DNA of 24,000 nucleotides, from positions 3,442,757 through 3,466,756 of the forward strand of contig NZ_CP186547.1 in assembly GCF_049390205.1 (NCBI RefSeq), read 5' to 3'. The DNA is from Alishewanella sp. d11 (GTDB lineage: Bacteria > Pseudomonadota > Gammaproteobacteria > Enterobacterales > Alteromonadaceae). The notes beneath the pieces are model-generated. The model saw only the letters and a list, made by a program, of their open reading frames with translations. It ran no database searches and had not been told where the DNA came from. Shown piece by piece: positions 16,679 to 24,000 of this stretch (positions are counted from its first letter, which is position 1; every line of letters begins with the position of its first letter). The position numbers and the translations under genes were made by a program.

Positions 16679-18400
16679 CTAAAAACCTATTCGAATAAAC
16701 AACATGGAACTTAACCAAGGACTTGAGTGCTGTCCCAAAGCCTCGTTTACTGCTTTATCACTGAATGTAGCCGCAAGATGTCCTTGCAGCATAATATTGC
16801 GCGAATAAAAGTACTTTGCGGTCAGATTAAACTCTGTCCCAAGTTGAGTGCTGGGTAAAAACGATAAGGCTGGATTGCCACCTAAATTCGTTAATGAATC
16901 TGCTTTAAAGAGCCAAAATTGAGGCACGAGTTCGATTTGGGGTGAAGGCTTTAACCTTACTTGTAACCGGTGCGTGATAAGATTGGAATTTTGGAAAATT
17001 TTGAAATGATTAATCCCTTGAACCCAAGTTTCGCCATTACCGCCTGAGAGTAACGGATCCCATCGTTCAAAAGTTGACGTTGCAGGCTTATCCCCCGTAA
17101 AGCGAGCATAACGATAACTCAAGCTAGGAGTCCAATTTAGTGAAGGAAATGCCAAACCTGCCTCCATAAAATAGCCCAAAGCTAACATATCAAAGTCTTT
17201 GTGAGTTTGTTTTGCCACTTCGGAAGCAAAATAGGGATGTATTTTTTCATTAGGAGCGGCCTGAAAAGGCTGCCAGCGCAATCGCAGATTGGCAACTTTT
17301 AACCCCTCTCGTGATAGTTGCGCTGCAGAGGTGAAATAGCGGCTATTAGATTCTGGTACTGTCATCCATGCAGCACCTAACAGATAGTTCGCTAATTTAA
17401 GCTCGGCATTAATACCTGTAATCACCGTTTTAGAATCTAACTCTGGTAACTCATCAGCATCAACACTAAATGCTTCAATCTTAATGTTATTAAAAACCAT
17501 TCTAGCCAGAAACACATTATCCGCTGCCCAGCGAGGATTAGATTGTAGAGCGGCTCTATTTAAACCGTTTTGCGAAGTATTGGTGAGAATAAAACCATCA
17601 CCTATACTGAACCTTTGACGACCTGCGGTCAAATTGTAAACAAAACGATCACCTTTTTCGTTGTTGTTTCCCCCCACAACCCCCAAAAAAGCATCTTCTA
17701 GAGCAAAATGCTGTCGGGTTTTATCAGTAAACAACTCCTGACCAATAGAGCCGGACAAAATCCCGCTAGCGCCACCATAGACATGTACTTGTTCAGTAAC
17801 AGGGGTAATGCCATAAAGCCCAACATGCGCAAAGCCTTCAAACCAGTTGCTAAATCCTTTGCCAGCAGGCGTGCCTTGAACAAAAGGATTACCCTCTAAC
17901 ATCAAATCCGGCTTGCCAAACCAAGCATCTTGGTTAGCGTAGTACATACCTAATAGCTCTAAGCGAGCTTTGATAAAAGTACCGTCATGTTGATATAGCC
18001 ACGGAAAACTCGCGGATGTTAAGCCAGGCTGTGTATTGTCAGTCAGTGTAACAAGTAGTGAAATGATAAGCTGGCCTTGATCACTGAAAGTGATCTGGTG
18101 TGTTATGGCCGCAATTTCTGGCAGTTTAGTAAGAGAGGTTAAATTAAATAATAACAACTCTTCTCGAAAAGTATCGTTAGCGTACAACGCAAGGTTGCGA
18201 CGAACTTTATCGATCACTCTTTGCTGGGCATAATGATCTTTAGTGGGATTAGTAATGGTAATTGTTATAGCTTCTATGCGTTTACCCATATAGGGATCTG
18301 TGGCAACCTGTGCCTGCCCGTTAAATGACAGCATTAAACCTAAATAAATAACGGTAAAGCTAACAATAATAGAGGTTCTTAGACTTTTCATTAATTTCAC
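16679..18400 (-). CDS. outer-membrane beta-barrel protein, alginate-export (AlgE)-like barrel with an N-terminal POTRA-like domain
   Basis: There is a Sec signal peptide (MK(LMK)[26 protein letters not shown]) and a C-terminal beta-signal ending ...[22 protein letters not shown] motif and alternating aromatic/hydrophilic strands resemble Alginate_exp proteins. The family call is from memory. The start is GTG 18400 or ATG 18391. Confidence 0.65.
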   Translation of the reverse strand: MKLMKSLRTSIIVSFTVIYLGLMLSFNGQAQVATDPYMGKRIEAITITITNPTKDHYAQQRVIDKVRRNLALYANDTFREELLLFNLTSLTKLPEIAAITHQITFSDQGQLIISLLVTLTDNTQPGLTSASFPWLYQHDGTFIKARLELLGMYYANQDAWFGKPDLMLEGNPFVQGTPAGKGFSNWFEGFAHVGLYGITPVTEQVHVYGGASGILSGSIGQELFTDKTRQHFALEDAFLGVVGGNNNEKGDRFVYNLTAGRQRFSIGDGFILTNTSQNGLNRAALQSNPRWAADNVFLARMVFNNIKIEAFSVDADELPELDSKTVITGINAELKLANYLLGAAWMTVPESNSRYFTSAAQLSREGLKVANLRLRWQPFQAAPNEKIHPYFASEVAKQTHKDFDMLALGYFMEAGLAFPSLNWTPSLSYRYARFTGDKPATSTFERWDPLLSGGNGETWVQGINHFKIFQNSNLITHRLQVRLKPSPQIELVPQFWLFKADSLTNLGGNPALSFLPSTQLGTEFNLTAKYFYSRNIMLQGHLAATFSDKAVNEALGQHSSPWLSSMLFIRIGF

Positions 18401-18432
18401 ATTATCGGAAAATTTTGTTTATGCTAGCGCAT

Positions 18433-18475
18433 AGATAAATGATTAACTAGCTGTTGATAGTGAAAAAGATAACAG
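18433..18475. repeat. copy B of the short intergenic repeat family, in the OMP promoter region
   Basis: The sequence is AGATAAATGATTAACTAGCTGTTGATAGTGAAAAAGATAACAG. It contains GATAAAT, TAAC, TAGCTGTT and AT in the same order as copy A. It also has a CTGTT...AACAG inverted pair. Confidence 0.5.
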
Positions 18476-18512
18476 CAAGCCATCCATCTCTCTGCCTCTC
18501 GCTTAGCAAAAC

Positions 18513-19730
18513 TTAATTTCGACAAAGCCCCTGCTCCCAATCTTTCCACACCGGCTGTAAACCGCGTTGCTGCATTGCCTCAGCCACGGCCGCAGCAGAG
18601 CGCTGATCATCGGTGCTAAACTGCTCCAGATTATCGGTTTCTACCGCATAAGAGCCGGGTGCAGTGCGTGAGCCGGCGCTAATACTGGTGATGGCCAAGG
18701 GCACCACATGATCACGAAAGTGCGCCGATTCACGGGTGGATAAACTCAGCTCCAGCTCGGTATCAAATAAGCGCCAAGCGCAGATCAGTTGTACCAATTG
18801 TTTATCGCTGATTAGCGTATCGGATTCATGTTGCTGTAGCACCTGATCGGCCAAGCCACCCGCGCAGGGTCGCAGTCGCGGAAAGGACACACTGTAACGG
18901 CTACGCCAATAATGCTGCTGTAAATAGCGCAAATGTAACGCCAAATAAATGGAGTCTAGCCGCCAGTCGCCTAATCCCAGTAAAGCGCCAAGACCTATTT
19001 TATCCACACCCGCCTGACCTAGCCGCTCAGGGGTGGCCAGCCGCCAATCAAAGTCCATTTTTTTCCCTCGGCTATGATGCTGCGCATAACAGCCCCGATC
19101 ATAGGTTTCCTGATACACCAGCACGCCATCTAAACCATATTGCCGAAGCTCAGCATAATCTTGACTCGACAGCGGCTGCACTTCTAACAGCACATAACTA
19201 AAGTAACGTTTTACCAGCGGCAGCATCTGCTTAAAGTACGCCTGCCCCACTTTTTTCTCATGTTCGCCCGCGACCAGTAATACCGTTGAAAAACCCTGTG
19301 CTTTTAATGCCTGGCATTCTTGCTCCACTTCGGCGAGGCTTAAGGTACGGCGTTTTAGCGCATTACTCATAGAAAAGCCGCAGTAGCTGCAGTCATTGGC
19401 GCATAAATTAGATAAATACAGTGGAATATAAAATTGCAAGGCATGGCCAAAGCGCTGCCGAGTTAATTGCTGGGCCTGCGCGGCCATCTGCGCTAAAAAA
19501 GGCGTGGCCGCCGGTGAAATTAACGCCGCAAAATCAGCCAGATCACGGCGGTTTTTCGCTAACGCTCGCGTTACTGCAGCCGCATCGGCTTGCCTGATGT
19601 GTTGTTGCCAATACTGGCTATCTTGCTTGGCGAGTAACCCACTAAACCCAGCTGGCTCAAGCTGTAACGGCTGCACCTGTCCAGTCATAGCCGCAGAGGC
19701 TGTCGAACAAGCAAAAGCGGGATGCGTCAT
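18513..19730 (-). CDS. thiH: 2-iminoacetate synthase (tyrosine lyase), radical SAM
   Basis: It carries the [10 protein letters not shown] radical-SAM cluster motif. It is colinear with E. coli ThiH from memory ([48 protein letters not shown]). Its ATG overlaps the thiG stop (ATGA). Confidence 0.92.
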   Translation of the reverse strand: MTHPAFACSTASAAMTGQVQPLQLEPAGFSGLLAKQDSQYWQQHIRQADAAAVTRALAKNRRDLADFAALISPAATPFLAQMAAQAQQLTRQRFGHALQFYIPLYLSNLCANDCSYCGFSMSNALKRRTLSLAEVEQECQALKAQGFSTVLLVAGEHEKKVGQAYFKQMLPLVKRYFSYVLLEVQPLSSQDYAELRQYGLDGVLVYQETYDRGCYAQHHSRGKKMDFDWRLATPERLGQAGVDKIGLGALLGLGDWRLDSIYLALHLRYLQQHYWRSRYSVSFPRLRPCAGGLADQVLQQHESDTLISDKQLVQLICAWRLFDTELELSLSTRESAHFRDHVVPLAITSISAGSRTAPGSYAVETDNLEQFSTDDQRSAAAVAEAMQQRGLQPVWKDWEQGLCRN

Positions 19731-20497
19731 AGGCTCTCCAAAAACGCGCTAAGTGGACTGCTAGCTACCGCCTGTTGTTGGCGTGTGGCTAAACCGGCTT
19801 GCCGCGCTAAGGCACCGGCTTCGCACGCCAATTTAAAAGCGTTGGCCATAGCAATAGGATCGGTGGCACTGGCTATGGCGGTATTCACCAGCACGGCAGT
19901 CGCCCCCAACTCTAAAGCTTCACTGGCATGACTGGGCGCGCCAATACCGGCATCCACAATCACCGGTACGCGGCTTTGCTCAATAATAATGCGCAAAAAA
20001 TCGCGAGTTTGCAGGCCCTGATTCGAGCCAATAGGCGCCCCCAGCGGCATGACTGCTGCACAGCCTACTTCCTCTAGCCGTTTACACAGTACCGGATCAG
20101 CGCCGCAATAGGGCAACACCACAAAGCCTTTGGCCACCAACAGTTCTGCGGCCTTGAGCGTTTCTATCGGATCAGGCAATAAATAGCGTGGATCGGGATG
20201 AATTTCTAATTTCAGCCAGGGCGTTTGCAGTGCTTCACGCGCCAATTCTGCCACAAATACCGCTTCTTCGGCGGTACGTGCCCCCGAGGTATTAGGGAGC
20301 AATTTTACGCCAAGCGCGTTTAGCACCGGTAAAATCTCATCTTGCCTTGAGATCAAATCCACTCGCCTAAGCGCCATGGTTACCAGCTCGGTACCACTGG
20401 CCAGTAAACTTTGTTGCATGACACTGGCACTTTGAAATTTACCGGTGCCGGTCAGTAAACGTGATTGAAAAGTCTGTCCTGCTATCTGATAAGACAT
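19727..20497 (-). CDS. thiG: thiazole synthase
   Basis: Near-identical blocks to E. coli ThiG ([57 protein letters not shown]). I prefer ATG 20497 with AGGAGG 6 nt upstream. The ORF track uses GTG 20500. Confidence 0.93.
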   Translation of the reverse strand: MSYQIAGQTFQSRLLTGTGKFQSASVMQQSLLASGTELVTMALRRVDLISRQDEILPVLNALGVKLLPNTSGARTAEEAVFVAELAREALQTPWLKLEIHPDPRYLLPDPIETLKAAELLVAKGFVVLPYCGADPVLCKRLEEVGCAAVMPLGAPIGSNQGLQTRDFLRIIIEQSRVPVIVDAGIGAPSHASEALELGATAVLVNTAIASATDPIAMANAFKLACEAGALARQAGLATRQQQAVASSPLSAFLESL

Positions 20498-20499
20498 CA

Positions 20500-20700
20500 C
20501 TAACCTCCTGCAATTGCAGTAAATAACATAATATTATCGCCCTCTTGCAGCGACTGACTGTCCCAGTGACTGCGCGGGATCACCTGTTGATTAATGGCTA
20601 CGGCGATCCCGGCTCTTAGCTGTTGTTGACTGGCTAAAAATACCGCCAGCGTCGTCGGGCTACTCAGCGTATAAGGCTGTTGATTAAATTGGATTTGCAT
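20500..20700 (-). CDS. thiS: sulfur carrier protein ThiS
   Basis: 66 aa, ending in the diagnostic ...AIAGG, located between thiF and thiG. Confidence 0.88.
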   Translation of the reverse strand: MQIQFNQQPYTLSSPTTLAVFLASQQQLRAGIAVAINQQVIPRSHWDSQSLQEGDNIMLFTAIAGG

Positions 20701-20708
20701 TTTTTATC

Positions 20709-21448
20709 TCATTCGTTAAGCGCACAAACTGGGCAATCGGGATCTTGTTGCAGCTGTAACTGACCACTCTGGCCCTGTAGACCATCAAAGTAGCGTAAAT
20801 GGCCGAACGGAATCACACCGATATTTACTAGATACTGCAGCGCCAGCAGCGCTTGCTGGCAGGCCACCATGCCCACTAAAGGCCCCAAGATACCGCTTTG
20901 TAAACAGCTAGAGCTATCTTGCCAATCAGGGTATAAACACTGATAACAGCCCTGTCCTAGCCAAGGTTTAAGCGCCAATAATTGCCCTTGCCAGCCCGTC
21001 GCTGCGCCGCTGATCAGCGGCACCTGCTGCGTGTAACAGGCCTGATTAATGGCTAAACGGCTACTGGCGTTATCGGTGCAGTCCAGCACCAGATCCACCT
21101 CAGGCAATAGCGTTTGCAGCTGTGAGCGCATCAAACGCGTAGGTAAGGTACTAATAGCAATCTCCGGATTTTGGGCTGTTAAGCGCGCTTTGGCACAGTC
21201 AACTTTATGCAGCCCCACCTCGGCGCTGCTATACAGTAATTGTCTGGGTAGATTGCTTAAACTGACCCTGTCATCGTCCGCCAGCAGTAACTGCCCAACA
21301 CCCGCCCCGGCTAAATAGGACGCGACCACGCTGCCTAAGCCGCCTAAACCGATAATCAACACCTTGCTAGCCAATAAGCGCTGCTGCTGCCGCTCATCCA
21401 TCTCAGGCAGCAGTAGCTGTGCGCTATAGCGCAGCTGCTGAGCAGGTG

Positions 21449-21461
<13 letters not shown>
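20709..21461 (-). CDS. thiF: ThiS adenylyltransferase (E1-like)
   Basis: 250 aa with a Rossmann GLGGLGS motif and two CxxC zinc pairs (CYQC, CPVC), as in E. coli ThiF. Its start overlaps the thiDE stop by 13 nt. Confidence 0.9.

Positions 21462-24000
<2,539 letters not shown>

Noticed and set aside
16204-17899. ORFs 16204-16494(+), 16412-16594(-), 17698-17883(-) and 17708-17899(+)
   Set aside because: They are embedded in the SDR and OMP genes in antisense or alternative frames.
18433-18447. Fur box in the OMP promoter (GATAAATGATTAAC)
   Set aside because: Only about half of the 19-bp consensus matches, and that needs a 1-nt indel. The flanking half does not match. I kept it only as an alternative reading of repeat copy B.
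13770-18512. Classical integrative island (integrase plus a duplicated tRNA 3' end as attR)
   Set aside because: No integrase, recombinase or transposase-like ORF is present. I could not find a second copy of the tRNA-Pro 3' segment anywhere in the block.

Overview
This looks like a chromosomal segment of a gammaproteobacterium. Protein sequences and gene order resemble Alteromonadales, Rheinheimera or Shewanella, but that taxon is a guess from memory. No search was run, so all homology calls rest on recognised motifs and remembered E. coli sequences.

Gene content, left to right:
- glgC (partial, minus strand) and fadH (minus strand)
- sppA-ansA (plus strand)
- A tightly coupled minus-strand operon of poorly understood genes: M14 cytosolic-carboxypeptidase-like, Zn-ribbon membrane protein, YeaC/DUF1315, and a 908-aa Q-rich DUF349 protein
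- A coupled trio of acyltransferase, DMT transporter and a small protein
- tRNA-Pro(GGG)
- A ~4.6 kb four-gene accessory block: an alginate-export-like outer-membrane protein (OMP), a short-chain dehydrogenase/reductase (SDR) with a Tat signal, hchA, and a LuxR solo
- The thiamine operon thiC(partial)-thiDE-thiF-thiS-thiG-thiH (minus strand)

I saw no CRISPR array, transposase, integrase, toxin-antitoxin pair or known defence gene.

The best candidates for something undescribed are:
1. The tRNA-adjacent block, made of a predicted periplasmic (Tat-exported) SDR paired with an OMP, plus a LuxR solo. The LuxR has a non-canonical ligand pocket and is translationally linked to hchA.
2. The carboxypeptidase / Zn-ribbon / YeaC / DUF349 operon.
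3. A short hairpin-forming repeat family found in three intergenic sites, two of which bracket the accessory block.
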